A stretch of DNA of 39,843 bases, taken from positions 7,674,776-7,714,618 of the forward strand of contig NC_057755.1 in assembly GCF_004010195.1 (NCBI RefSeq), in the 5' to 3' direction. The position numbers and the translations under genes were made by a program. The notes beneath the pieces are model-generated. The model saw nothing but the letters and a program-made list of their open reading frames with translations. It was not told the DNA's origin and searched no databases. This document shows, piece by piece, positions 10,880-23,262 of the stretch (positions are counted from its first letter, which is position 1; the number at the start of each line of letters is the position of its first letter). This DNA comes from Chiloscyllium plagiosum. Its lineage: Eukaryota.

Positions 10880-11885
10880 ATAATTGACAACCTGCCCTGG
10901 ACTTCCCAAATAGATGTGACGGTCAAGAACGCACAACAACGCCTCTTCTTCCTCATGCGGCTAAGGAAATTCGGCACTACCATAAGGACCTTCCCCAATT
11001 TTTACAGACGCACCATAGAAAGCATACTGTCTGGGTGAATAATGACCTGCTACAGCTCTGCCCAGGACTGTAGGAAACTACAGAAGGTGGTTTTCACAGG
11101 CCAGACCATCACGGAAACCAACCTCCCGTCGCCAGATTCCACCTCCAACTCTGGCTGCCATGGAAAGGCTGCCAACATCATCAAAGATCCATCCCACCCC
11201 AGTGATGCTCTCTTACAATCTCTTCCATCAGGCAGGAGAAACAGCAGCCACAACACATGCCCCCCCCTCCACCCCAGAATAGACTTTAATAATGTCAACC
11301 TTGTTAATGTTGATCTTGCTTTGTGCACCTCCCCTGTCTGCCTCACGCTGTCTCAATCCCCTATGATCCGTATGTCCTTGTGTTGACTCAAAACAGTTTG
11401 GAGCACGCAAGAGTTCCATTAGCTTCTTTATTTTAGCTTAGCCAGCAAGAGATCCGGGCTCAGCACCAGAGTAACAGTCAAGCTCTCACTTGGTGGACTC
11501 TCATCGGACCTCTGTCTATATCATAAAAGCAGTACACTTCATAGCCCTCATGCATGTGACTGATATATATATATCTCGACCCTACACAACTACATGCTTT
11601 TCACATGAGTCATAAGCTGAGCGGTAAACAGTCTTCCAAGAAGTAACCCCAGCCATGGGTGAAGGGTAAGTGAAGCAAGAACCACTGAAGCTTTCAGTTT
11701 GTCTCATACACAGACACAGATTTCAAAATTTATGTTATTTCAGCAAAAGCTTTGTTACTTCAGCAGTTTTTATTTAACTATTGCTTCCCTAATACTCTAT
11801 CATGTGTTTGCTTGGATGTGACTACACTGCTTGCAAAACAAAACTTTTCACTGGACTCAGAAACATGTGGCGACCATAAATCGAA
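10880..11885 (+). mobile_element. Rex1/Babar LINE 3' end (3' UTR interrupted)
   Basis: VKNAQQRLFFLMRLRKFG..NFYRRTIESILSG and KAANIIKDPSHP. The tail CAAAACTTTTCACTG..ACATGTG resumes at about 11795. Confidence 0.8.
11381..11794 (-). mobile_element. Probable solo LTR inserted in the Rex1 3' UTR
   Basis: About 415-bp interruption with TGTT...AATA ends (near TG...CA). On the minus strand a TATATA box (about 11565) lies upstream of AATAAA (about 11428-11433). No clean TSD. Confidence 0.4.
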
Positions 11886-12221
11886 ACCAGAGTTCTGAGC
11901 AGATTCAGGCAATACCTCTTTTGTGTTTCGAAGAATGTGGGGCTGATCTTATTGAAATGTTGGGAAGAAATATATCGAGACATAATGGGATGGAGAAGTC
12001 TGTTCTATTCTTGGGAGAGTCTGGGAGTAGCAGGCACAGTTTTGAAATAAGCTTTTAGACTGAAATTAAGAGAATTAAATCTCAGAGAGTGTCATTAGTA
12101 TATGGAATTTTCCACTCCAGGGAGCCATGCGGACTGAGTCCTTAAATATATTAAAGGCTTATAAAACCATAGGGGCAGTAAAGGCCTGGGGAACAGGGAG
12201 GTAGATGGAGAATTTTTTGAG

Positions 12222-12590
12222 AGAATCTCTACAGCGTGGAAACCGGCCCTTCGGCTTAACAAGTCCACAACCGACCCTCCGCAGAGTATCCCACCCAGAT
12301 CCATTCCCCGACACTTACCCCTGACCAATGCGGTGAAAGTGAGGACTGCAGATGCTGGAGATCAGAGTCAAGATTAGAGCGGTGCTGGAAAAGCGCAGCA
12401 GGTCAGGCAGCATCCGAGGAGCAGGAAAATTGACATTTCGGGCAAAAGCCCTTCATCAGGAATGATTTTTCCTGCTCAGATGCTGCCTGACCTGCTGTGC
12501 TTTTCTAATCTTGACCCGAACCAATGCACCTAACCTATACATCCCTGAACATTGTGGGCAATTTAGCATGGCCAATCTACCCTAACCTGC
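12222..12590 (-). mobile_element. HE1-type SINE 3' part with a nested Penelope cassette (12332-12519)
   Basis: SINE tail on the minus strand. The cassette is flanked by an ACCAATGC duplication (12324-12331, 12520-12527) and has a minus-strand CUGAUGA..GAAA motif at about 12431-12462. Confidence 0.8.
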
Positions 12591-12924
12591 ATAGAGTTGA
12601 ATTCAATAATATGACATTCTTGATCTTATTGAATAAGACGTATTGACATACCCCCCACTAATAATTGCAATGTTTTTCTCTCCTTGGCATTACACAATTG
12701 TCTAATATTTGGAATAGCAAATATCCGTCCCGTTCAATTGCTTGACTTGAGTAAAAGTAAAGTGAGCTGAGATGCAAAGCAGCTATCACTATTTCACAAA
12801 CTCCTGGTTAATAGTAAGACCATATGGCCTACGAGAATAGAATTATATAGCACGGAGACAGCTCCTTCAGCCCAACTTGTCCACGTCCCCAAAGTCTCCC
12901 AAACTAAACTAGTCTGTCCCAAAC

Positions 12925-13227
12925 TAAACTGGCTCAAAAGTAATGGGTGACTGAAGTGAATGGTTGCTTTTCAGACTGGAGGCCTGTGACCAGTGAAGTG
13001 CCACAAGGATCGATGCTGGGTCCACTACTTTTCATCATTTATTCAGATGATTTGGATGTGAGCATAAGAGGTATAGTTAGTGAGTTTGCAGATGACACCA
13101 AAATTGGAGGTGTAGTGGACAGCGAAGAGGGTTACCTCAGATTACAACAGGATCTGGACCAGATGGGCCAATGGGCTGAGAAGTGGCAGATGGAGTTTAA
13201 TTCAGATAAATGCGAGGTGCTGCATTT
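12925..13227 (+). mobile_element. CR1 LINE RT fragment running into the gap
   Basis: SDWRPVTSEVPQGSMLGPLLFIIY.DDLD..FADDTKIGG..MEFNSDKCEVLH. Confidence 0.9.
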
Positions 13228-13920
13228 NNNNNNNNNNNNNNNNNNNNNNNNNNNNNNNNNNNNNNNNNNNNNNNNNNNNNNNNNNNNNNNNNNNNNNNNN
13301 NNNNNNNNNNNNNNNNNNNNNNNNNNNNNNNNNNNNNNNNNNNNNNNNNNNNNNNNNNNNNNNNNNNNNNNNNNNNNNNNNNNNNNNNNNNNNNNNNNNN
13401 NNNNNNNNNNNNNNNNNNNNNNNNNNNNNNNNNNNNNNNNNNNNNNNNNNNNNNNNNNNNNNNNNNNNNNNNNNNNNNNNNNNNNNNNNNNNNNNNNNNN
13501 NNNNNNNNNNNNNNNNNNNNNNNNNNNNNNNNNNNNNNNNNNNNNNNNNNNNNNNNNNNNNNNNNNNNNNNNNNNNNNNNNNNNNNNNNNNNNNNNNNNN
13601 NNNNNNNNNNNNNNNNNNNNNNNNNNNNNNNNNNNNNNNNNNNNNNNNNNNNNNNNNNNNNNNNNNNNNNNNNNNNNNNNNNNNNNNNNNNNNNNNNNNN
13701 NNNNNNNNNNNNNNNNNNNNNNNNNNNNNNNNNNNNNNNNNNNNNNNNNNNNNNNNNNNNNNNNNNNNNNNNNNNNNNNNNNNNNNNNNNNNNNNNNNNN
13801 NNNNNNNNNNNNNNNNNNNNNNNNNNNNNNNNNNNNNNNNNNNNNNNNNNNNNNNNNNNNNNNNNNNNNNNNNNNNNNNNNNNNNNNNNNNNNNNNNNNN
13901 NNNNNNNNNNNNNNNNNNNN
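13228..13920. other. Assembly gap
   Basis: Run of N. Confidence 1.
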
Positions 13921-14221
13921 ACATGCCTGGTGCGGACTTGTCCTACCCGCCTATCCCCTTTTCCACCTATCCACCCCACCCTGGCCTATCACCTTCATCC
14001 CCTCCCCCACTCACCCATTGTACTCTATGCTACTTTCTCCCCACCCCCACCCTCATCTAGCTTATCTCTCCACGTCCAGGCTCACTGCCTTTATTCCTGA
14101 TGAAAGGCTTTTGCCCGAAATGTCGATTTCGAAGTTCCTGGATGCTGCCTGAACTGCTGTGCTCTTCCAGCACCACTAATCCAGAATCTGGTTTCCAGCA
14201 TCTGCAGTCATTGTTTTTACC
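13921..14221 (+). mobile_element. Penelope pseudo-LTR with hammerhead motif
   Basis: Pyrimidine-rich segment, then ATTCCTGATGAAAGGCTTTTGCCCGAAATGTCGA (about 14093-14126) and the family end CCAGCATCTGCAGTCATTGTTTTTAC. Confidence 0.8.
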
Positions 14222-14239
14222 AGGATAGTGACGTAGGCA

Positions 14240-14845
14240 TTAGTTATGCTTTCCTATATTGGTCAGAGCATTGAGTTTAGGAGTTGGGAGGTCATGTTGC
14301 GACTGTACAGGATGTTGGTTGGCCACTTTTGGGATATTGCGTCAATACTGGTCTCCTTCCTATCGGAAGGATGTTGTGAAGCTTAAAAGGGTTCAGAAAA
14401 GATTTACAAGGATGTTGCCAGGGTTGGAGGAATTGAGCTATAGGGAGAGGCTGAACAGGAGGGTCGCAGGCTGAAAGGTGTTCTTTTCGAAGTTTATTAA
14501 ATCATGAAGGGCATGGATAGGATAAATAGACAAAGTCTTTTCCCTGGAGTAGGGGAGTCCATAACTAGAATGCACAGGTTTAGGGTGAGAGGGGAAAGAT
14601 ATAAAAGAGACTTAAGGGATAACTTTTTCACACAGACGGTGGTATGTATGGAATGAGCTGCCAGAGGCTCATACGATTGCAACATTTAAGAGGCATTTGG
14701 ATGGGTATGTGAATAGGAAGGGTTTGGAGGGATATGGGCCGGGTGCTGGCAGGTGGGACTAGATTGGGTTGGGATATCTGGTCAGCATGGAGGGGTTGGA
14801 CCAAAGGGTCTGTGTCTGTTGTGTACATCTCTCTGACTCTATGAC
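14240..14845 (+). mobile_element. CR1 LINE 3' end
   Basis: WSPSYRKDVVKLKRVQKRFTRMLPGLEELSYRERL, with a (CTATGA)-type tail. Confidence 0.85.
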
Positions 14846-14846
14846 T

Positions 14847-15240
14847 GTAGTCCCACTTGCCTGCATTTGGCCCATTTCCCTCTAAACCTTTCTTATTCAT
14901 TTTCCTGTCAAAATGTGTTTTAAATGTTGTAACTGGACCTGCATCTACCCCTTCCTCTGGCAGTTCTTTCCATATACGAACCACGCTCTGTATGAAAAAC
15001 TGCCCCACAGGTCACTTCCAAAACTTTCTCCACTCAACTTCAAAATATGCCCTCGAGTTTTGAACTCTGCTACCCTTGGGGCAAAAGACCTTTGCTATTC
15101 ACCTTACCTATATCCCTCATAATTTTGTAAACCTACGTAAGTATACCCCTCAACCACCTGTGCTCCAGTGAAACAAGTCCCAGTCTACTTTTTCGAACTT
15201 AAACCCTCCAGTCCTGGTAAATCTTTTCTGAACCCTCTCC
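14847..15240 (-). mobile_element. CR1 LINE 3' fragment
   Basis: FFIQSVVRIWKELPEE..FKTHFDR and ERVQKRFTR on the minus strand. Confidence 0.8.
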
Positions 15241-15511
15241 ATCGACTCATCGAGCCTGTTCCACCTCTCAATGAGATCATGGCTCCTCTTAGTTTCCTTA
15301 GAATCCTTAGTTTCACTTTCCTGCTTCGCCTCCCCCCCCCCCCCATTGTGAATCATTTCCTCACTGATTCAAATTCTTGATCTTATTGAATGAGATGTAA
15401 TACCAGGCCCCCACTCCGAACTACAATGTTCTGCTGTCCTTGACATTATGCAATTGTCTAATATGTGGAATAGCAAATATCCATCCCTTGATATCCATTG
15501 ATTTGTCTCAA

Positions 15512-16945
15512 CATTGAATAAGGAGGCATGGGATATAGGGAAATCTGGCTGTTCGGATACAGAATTGGCTGGCCCATAGAAGACAGAGAAGGGTAGTAGA
15601 AGGAAAGTCTTCAGCCTGGAGCTCAGTGTTGCGCAGGGATCGGTCCTGGAACCTCTGCTTTTTGTGATTTTTTCTATAAATGGCTTGGATGAGGAAGTGG
15701 AGGAGTGGTTTAGTAAGTTTGCTGAAGACATGAATGTCGGTGGAGTTGTGGGTAATGTGGGGGGCTGTTGCCGGGTTGCAGCGGGACATTGACAGGATGC
15801 AGAGCTGGGCTGAGAAGTGGCAGATGGAATTCGACCTGAAAAAGTGTGACGTCCTTAATTTGGAAGGTTAAATTTGCAGGTGAAAGACAGGATTCTTGGC
15901 AGTGTGGAGCAACAGAAGTCTCTCGGGGTCCACATCCAGAGACCCCTCAAAGTTGCCACCCAAATCAATAGGGTTGTTAAGGAGGCGTATGGCGTGTTGG
16001 TTTTCATTCGCAGGGGATTGAGTTTAAGGAGCCACGATGTTATGCTGCAGCTCTATAAAGTCCTGGTTAGACCACACTTGCAATATTGTGTTCAGTTCTG
16101 GTCGCCTCATGACAAGAAGGATGTGAAAGCTTTTGGGAGGGTGCAGAGGAGATTTAGCAGGATGCTGCCTGGGCTGGAGTGCATGTCTTATGAAGAAAGG
16201 TTGAGGGAGCTAGGGCTTTTCTCATTGGGGTGAAAAAGGATGAGAAGTGGCTTGATAGAGGTGTACAAGATGATAAGAGGCATAGACAGGGTGGATAGCC
16301 AGAGACGTTTTCCCAGGGTGGAAATGGCTGTCATGAGGGGGCATCATTTTAAGATGATTGGATGAAGGTTTAGAGGTGTTGTCAGAGGTTGGGGGTTCTT
16401 TACACAGAGAGTGGTGAGTGCATGGAATGCACTGCCAGCAGTGGTGGGAGAGTCAGACATGTTAGTGACATTTAAGCGACTCTTGGATAGGCACATGGAA
16501 GATAGTACCATGGAGGGTATGTAGTTTGGTTTGATCTTAGAGCAGGATAAAAGGTTGGCATAGGATAAAAGGTTGTGGGCAGCACGGTGGCACCGTGGCT
16601 AGCACTGCTGCCTCACAGCGTCAGAGACCCTGGTTCAATTCCTGCCTCAGGCAACTGTCTGTGTAGAGTTTGCACATTCTCCCCGTGTCTGCGTGGGTTT
16701 CCTCCGGGGTGCTCCGGTTTCCTCCCACAGTCCAAAAATGTGCAGATTAGGTGAATTGGCCATGCTAAATTGCCCATAATGTTAGGTGAAGGGGTAAATG
16801 TGGGGGAATGGGTCTGGGTGGGTTGCTCTTCGGAGGGTCGGTGTAGACTTGTTCAGCCGAAGGGCCTGTTTCCACACTGTAAGTAATCTAATCTAATCAA
16901 GGGCCGAAGGGCCTGTACTGTGCTGAACTCTTCTATGTTCTATGT
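15512..16945 (+). mobile_element. CR1 LINE (RT to 3' tail) with an HE1 SINE nested at 16577-16898
   Basis: QGSVL..LLF, LQLYKVLVRPHLQYCVQFWSPH, and the tail TTCTATGTTCTATG. A full plus-strand HE1 sits in the 3' UTR. Confidence 0.9.
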
Positions 16946-17595
16946 ACTTCACAATGCACCACTGCAGCCACCTGCAGTGAAGAATATCACAGATTCACTG
17001 CCTTCTCAGTAATGATAATCATCTTGATCCCTGCCTTAAATGGACACCTCTAAATTCAGGGATAATGCAAACTGGTTCCAGGCTCTCTGACGGGGAGAAG
17101 AAATGTCTCAGCATCGAGTGATGCAGCATAGAAACAGATTGATGTCTCGACGCAGTGTCTACTAATAATGCAGATAGGAAACTGCATGTCAATGAGGGGA
17201 GATTTGGTGTCAACAATGCTGCTATCAGGCAAGAGTCACGGTTAACAGGCAACTCATCACTGCCCAGCAAGAATCTCAGCTCAATGCCTCCAGCTTCGAT
17301 GGAAGATACGGCTCATGACTCCAGACCTTGAGGTATTTCACTTCGACCTCCCAGGTTATTTCCCACAGTCCACATCAGTCAGGCCTTTATCATATGCCAG
17401 CTTTAGGGAGAGGGAAGACCGGGGACAATTATAGGGTGATCAGACCCATTATCAGATTTGGAAAAGTACCAAGATTGTGAAGCTGTAAGGCAAGACGCGG
17501 TCACAGAAATAGGAAAAGAGGCGTTTAAGGACGTGGTTAAGAGTTTTGCATTCAAGCTTTTTTTGATATTCAAGCATAAAAGTAAATAAATATAT

Positions 17596-17903
17596 TGATT
17601 AGATTAGATTACATTACAGTGTGGAAACAGGCCCTTCGGCCCAACAAGTCCACACCGACCCGCCGAAGCGCAACCCACCCAAACCCCTATATTTACACCT
17701 TACCTCACACTATGGCCAATTCACCTGATCCGCACATCTTTGGACTGTGGGAGGAAACCGGAGCACCCGGAGGAAACCCACGCAGACACGGGGAGAACGT
17801 GCAAACTCCACACAGTCAGTTGCCTGAGGCGGGAATTGAACCCGGGAATTGAACTCTGGCGCTGTGAGGCAGCAGTGCTAACCACTGTGCCACCGTGCCG
17901 CCC
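17596..17903 (-). mobile_element. HE1-type V-SINE
   Basis: Near-consensus copy with a (TAATC)n tail. Confidence 0.9.
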
Positions 17904-18068
17904 GTGCCAAGCTTAAATACACCCAATCAGGGAAAGATCCAGGAAAACATTCTGCTATTCATATCAATAAGCATCAAAAATAAATTGTTTCACTTCTTTC
18001 AAAAGAACTTCATTTAAGAAAGGAGGTTCACACTTTGGGGAAATGCAATCAGTATTGAAGGTTCTCAC

Positions 18069-18170
18069 CGCATTGCTTTCATCCTGTTTAGTTCCATTCC
18101 AGACTGATAATCCCATTGACGTTATCGCAGTCAGCAAACCTATGATGTTCATGCCAAGTACAGTACGTAA
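18069..18170 (-). CDS. MS4A-like exon: TM3 plus second extracellular loop
   Basis: Acceptor ttttttccAG (18171-18172) and donor GCG/GTGAGA (18067-18068). 102 bp, phase 0-0: LRTVLGMNIIGLLTAITSMGLSVWNGTKQDESNA. Matches the MS4A exon that begins VRGSLGMNI. Confidence 0.8.
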
Positions 18171-18204
18171 CTGGAAAAAAAGGGTCAATCATTGGTTAAC
18201 TCGA

Positions 18205-19500
18205 CTTACAGAGTCACGCAGCATGGAAACAGACCTTTCAGTCCAACCAGTCAATGATGAAGATAATCCCAAATTGATCTAGTGCCACCTGCCTGCTGCC
18301 CACCTTCCCATATCCCTCCAAATGTTTCCTTTTCATCGAACTGTCTTTTAAATGCCAATAGTTAGCCGAATCATTCATTCCACCCATGAATCACTCTCTA
18401 TGTAAAATATTTACTCCTCATGTTCTTTTTAAGTCTTTCTGCTCTCACCTTAAAAGTGTGACACCGAATCTGAAAAATGCCCATCCTGGGAAAAGACAGC
18501 TACCATTAACTCTATCTATCCCCTTCATTATTTTATAAACTACGATAAGATCATCCCTCAACCTCTTTACTCCAGTGAAAACAATCCCAGCCGAGCCAGC
18601 CTTTCTTTATAATTCAAATCTTCCATCTCTTCTGAATGCTCTCCAGCTTGATAATAACCTTTCTCTAAAAAGGCAACCAGAACTGGACACAGTACACCAG
18701 AGGAGGCCTCACAAAGTCCTAGACACCCTCAACGCAACTTCCCAACTCCTATACTCAAGGGAGTAAGCAATGAAGGCAAACGGACTAAACGCTTTTTTAA
18801 CACCCTGTCGATATATGACGCAAATTTCAAAGAGGTCTAAAGCATGGGAACAGCCCTTATCCAGGCTGCACATTTTTTACAATTAAACTAGTCCCATTTA
18901 GAGTCACAGTGATGTATAGCATGAAATCGGACTCTTCAGTCCAACTCATCCATGTCAATCAGATATCCTAAAGTAATCTAGTCCTATTTGCCAATATTTG
19001 GCTCATATCCCTCTAAACCCTTTCTATCCATGTACCTACCCAGATGCCTTTTAAATGCTCTAATTATAGAAGCCTCCCCCGCCTCCTCTTGCAGCTCGTT
19101 CCATACATGCACCACCCTGTGTGTGAAAGTGTCCCTCAGGTCTCTTTTGAATCCTTCCCCTCTCACCTGAAATCAAAGCCTTATAGTTTTGGACTCTCCT
19201 ATCCTGGGAAAAAGACTTTGACTATTCACAAGGTCACCTCTCAACCTCTGATGCTCCAGGGGGAAAAAACCCAGTCTATTCAGCCTCTCCCTATGCCTCA
19301 AACCCTCCCATCCTTGTAAATCTTTGTTGAACCTTTTCAAATTTCACAACATCTTTCCTACAGGAGGGAGGGAGTAATCGAATGCAGCATTCCAAAAGTG
19401 GCCTAACCAATGTCCTGTACAGCCACAACATGACCTCCCAAAATGCCTATACTCAATCCACTGACCAATGAAGGCAAGGGTGCCAAACACCTTCTTCACC
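18205..19500 (-). mobile_element. Two CR1 LINE 3' fragments (about 18205-18835 and 18899-19500)
   Basis: CR1 ORF2 C-terminal motifs (FTHRVVHVWNELQEE..FKRHL) and CR1 tails on the minus strand. Confidence 0.8.
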
Positions 19501-19598
19501 AAGGATAGAGAAAAGGTCATAGATGAAGCAGCTGAAGATAGTTGGGCATTATTTTACTTTAAATAAACTCAACCACTTAATCATCAAAGATACAATAC

Positions 19599-19655
19599 CT
19601 TAAACTTTTCGCTTGTCCTGAGGGGTAACAAAGGAATCATTCCTATAACACAAAA
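19599..19655 (-). CDS. MS4A-like exon: TM2 second half plus intracellular loop (57 bp)
   Basis: Acceptor tttcctcttttctgttgcAG and donor AAG/GTATTG. Exactly 57 bp, phase 0-0: FCVIGMIPLLPLRTSEKFK. Size and position correspond to the short MS4A FIISGSL exon. Confidence 0.75.
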
Positions 19656-19962
19656 CTGCAACAGAAAAGAGGAAACACAAAGAAATGAGAAAAATCTATT
19701 GTGATCTCTTGTGTGTCGGATAGTAAACCTCCCGCATGCAAACCGTTTCAGTTAATACAACTGCAGAGTTTGTATTTAAAGTGGTTTAAAACAATGTATG
19801 TCAATTAATCAGAAGGAAATTTGTCCCATTCTGATTACCCAGTTTCAGTTCAGTCATTCTTTTGAGAGATGCAGGATTACAACTCCTCAGATACTGAAGC
19901 AGTTTATGTCCAAAGGCAGTAGGAACTGAACAATAGCGAGGCTTGGGATGAAAGGTTGCAAG

Positions 19963-21800
19963 TATATAAAATCATGAGGGGCCTGGATAGGGTAAATAGA
20001 CAAGGTCTTTTCCCTGGGGTGCGGGAGTCCAGATAGAGGGCGTAGGTTTAGGGTGAGAGGCGAGAGATGTAAAAGCGACCTAAGGGGCAACTTTTTAATG
20101 CAGAGGGTGGTACATGTATGGAATGAGCTGTCAGAGGGAGTGGTGGAGGCTGGTACAATGTAAAGGCATCTGGATGGGTTTACAAATGGGAAAGGTCTAG
20201 AGGGATGTGGGCCAAGTGCTGGCAAATGGGACGAAATTCATTTAGCATATCTGTTCGGCAAGGACGAGTTGAACGAAGAGTCAGTTTTTGTGCTGTACAT
20301 GTCTAAGACTCTATGACTAAGTAACATTCAAACATCAGTCAATGACTAGGCACTGCATGTCGGCATTTCAAATCAACTTGGTTAAAATGCCGCATCAAAA
20401 TGAGCTGGTTGCACCTCCCAGTTCAGTAGTGCAGCAAATTCTAGAATGACAGAGGAACACAGTAATTGAGGTAAGCCGAGATTATCAGAGGAATCCCAAA
20501 GTGATGACACTACCTCGAGGTCTCCCATCGGCATGAATTCATGTCAATCCTATCCAACTCTTCCTCATTCGGCCTGAATCAATCAAAGACCAAGCCTAGA
20601 TTTTGTTTCCTCCCACAGTCCCCTATAGCTCTGCAAGAGCATTGTGTGCAGTTTTGGAATCCACATTATAGAAGGGGTGTGATGGCACAGGAAATTTACT
20701 AGAATTTTACCTGGACTAGAGGGTTTCAATCATGAGCAGCAATTGGACAGACTAGGGTTGTTTTCCTTAGAGGAGACCAAGAGGGCTGTGACAGCAATGG
20801 GCAAAATTATGATGGACACAGTCAGGAAGGAACATTTCCCCTTAGTGGAGGAGGTCAATGACTGGAGCGTAGGTTTAAGGTAAAAGTAGGATGTTCAGAA
20901 ACGATGTGTGGAAACGTTTTTTACCTAGAGGGTAGTGGGAATCTGGAACTGTAAGAGTGGTAAAGACAGAAAGCGTCATATCATTTAAGAAGTATTTACA
21001 AGGCAGGCAAGCCAAGTGCTGCAAAATGGAATAGTTATAGAGTCACAGGTTTGTACAGTTGAAAGAGACCCTTCGTCCATGTTGACCAGGTGTCCTAAAT
21101 TAATTTCGTTCTGTTTGCCAACTTATGGCCCATATCCCTCTAAAGCCTTCCTGTTCTGTACCCATCCAGATGCCTTTTAAATGATGTAATTGTACCATCC
21201 TCCACCACTTCCTCTGGCAGCTCATTATAGTCACGCACCGCCCTCTGCGTGAAAAAGTGACAAATTCTTCCCCTCTCATCCTAAGCCTATGCCCTCTAGT
21301 TCTGGACTCCCCTACTTGGGGACAAAGACTTTGACTCTCTACCCTATCCATGCCTCTCAAGATTTTATAAACCTCTATAAGGTCACCCCTCAGCCTTCAA
21401 CACTGCAGGGAAAACAGCCCCAGCCTCTCCCTATAGCTGAAGCCCTCCAACCCTGGCAACATCCAACAGTAAATCTTTCCTGAACCATTGCAAGTTTAGT
21501 AATATCTTTCCTATAGCAGACAGACCAGAATTGAATGCAGTATTCCAGAAGTGGACTAACCAATGTCCTGATCAGACTGGTGCTGGAAAAGCACAGCAGG
21601 TCAGGAGGCATCTGAAGAGCAGGAGGATCGATGTTTCGGGCCGAAACATCGATTTTCCTACTCCTCGGATGCTGCCTGACCTACTGTGCTTTTCTAGCAC
21701 CACTCTGATGTAAACTCTGGTTTCCAGCATCTGCAGTCCTCACTTTTGCCTAACCAATGTCCTTTACAACCGCAACATGACATCCCAACTCCTCCACTCA
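19963..21800. mobile_element. CR1 fragments (19963-20320 +, 20630-21030 +, 21038-21800 -) with a Penelope cassette at 21570-21749
   Basis: CR1 motifs (LEYCIQFWS, SRTRGHRL). The cassette is flanked by a 14-bp duplication CTAACCAATGTCCT (21556-21569, 21750-21763). Confidence 0.8.
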
Positions 21801-22029
21801 ATTAGGTGCTTGTTTTTGACTGGCATGGACATGACGTGATGATGGACTGAAGGGCCTTTTTCTGTACTAGATTTCCATGACTCTATGACTATAGTTAGCA
21901 CTACAACACTTCGCTTCTAATGACATATGAGAATCTTGACACAAATAAATTTGTCCTGCTCCACCCTGTATCTCTGTATCATTTCTAAGCCAAAATACTG
22001 TCCAGTTTTCTATTATTAGCCCCTTTTAA

Positions 22030-22390
22030 TTATTTGATTTTATTTGATTTATTATTGTCACATGTACCTTGGTAAAGTTTTGTTTTGCGTGCAGTACAGG
22101 CAGATCATACCATATGAAGTGCATTAGAGAAATAGAACAGAGCGATGAATATTGATGCAGAGAAGGTGCACATCGAGCGAGATCAACATGACATTTAAAA
22201 TTTGAGAGGGTCCATTCATCAGTCTAATATCAGCAGAGAAGAAGCTGTTCTTGAATCTATTGATATGTGTGTTTAAGCTTTTATCTCTTCTGCCGGACAG
22301 AAGTGGTTGGAAGAGATTATAACCAGACAGGAGGGCTTGTTGGCATTAGTTGCCTTTCTGAGATAGCAGGAAGTATAGGGGACTTTAGTT
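22030..22390 (-). mobile_element. Rex1/Babar LINE 3' end
   Basis: Minus strand ends ...GGTACATGTGACAATAAATCAAAT, the same tail family as 11850-11885. TTCAAGAACAGCTTCTTC encodes FKNSFF. Confidence 0.7.
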
Positions 22391-22609
22391 TGTGGAAGAA
22401 GTATGTTTTTTCCCACTTTACTCTATAGCCCTGAATCAATTACAAAGCAAACTCACCCCTAGTAGTCCCTTAATGGCAGTAACCAAAACCAAATTAGTCC
22501 CACTGCCCCAATTCCTCTCCTTAGTTCTGCATCCAAATTAAGTTCAACAGTAAGATCCATTCAGTGACCCTGAGCAATCCCAGAATAGGGCCAATTTAAA
22601 AACTCTTAC

Positions 22610-22723
22610 CAGAACACCAGACCACCATGGAATGCGGACTTGTGCAAATGGGCTGTGCGGTGTTAAAATCGCCGAAGCAGTTGCCAAAACACTGATTGTG
22701 AAGCCCAAAGAGATTTGGCTCAA
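22610..22723 (-). CDS. MS4A-like exon: TM1, first loop and start of TM2
   Basis: Acceptor ttactcttcacAG and donor CTG/GTAAGA. 114 bp, phase 0-0: LSQISLGFTISVLATASAILTPHSPFAQVRIPWWSGVL. Contains the MS4A hallmarks xxQIxxG and PxWxG. Confidence 0.85.
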
Positions 22724-23262
22724 CTGTGAAGAGTAACAAAGCAAAATAGGAAATCAGCAATAAACAGGCACAAAGGTTAGGCGATTAGCAGACAATCGAT
22801 AATTCAATGAGGCGTTCGCTTTTCTAAGTCAAAATCAGGCACATGACATTTCTAACTGAATAGACACCAAATCTCAGAACGGTTTGGTTATGCTCCACAA
22901 CAGAACAGACATTTAGTTTAACAAGCATTGGGAGGTAATGTTCTTGAAGTTTTGTGACTGGCCTAACAATTCAGAAGCCCATAGCAATGCTTGGGACATG
23001 GATGCCAATCCCACCAGGCATCTGTAATGAAATCATGAAACTATAATCGATTGTAGTAAAAGCCTAACTGGCTTGTAAATCTATTTGAGGGGGAATAAAT
23101 CAATCTTCCTTACCTGGAAAGACCCACCACACCAATGTGATTAACTGCAAAAGGCACGTCTATTACGGATAATGAAGGACAGGTAAAAGTAGCAATGCCC
23201 TTAGAAAGAAATAGTTTAGTACGGTTTACATTAAGAGGAGCTGCTGAATATACCATGGATTG

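Noticed and set aside
12947..14152. Long ORFs (240-401 aa) in the ORF track
   Set aside because: Artefacts of translating through the N gap; the flanks are CR1 and Penelope fragments.
17019..17270. 83-aa minus-strand ORF in the TM3-TM4 intron
   Set aside because: No recognisable domain and no convincing splice sites; probably decayed repeat.
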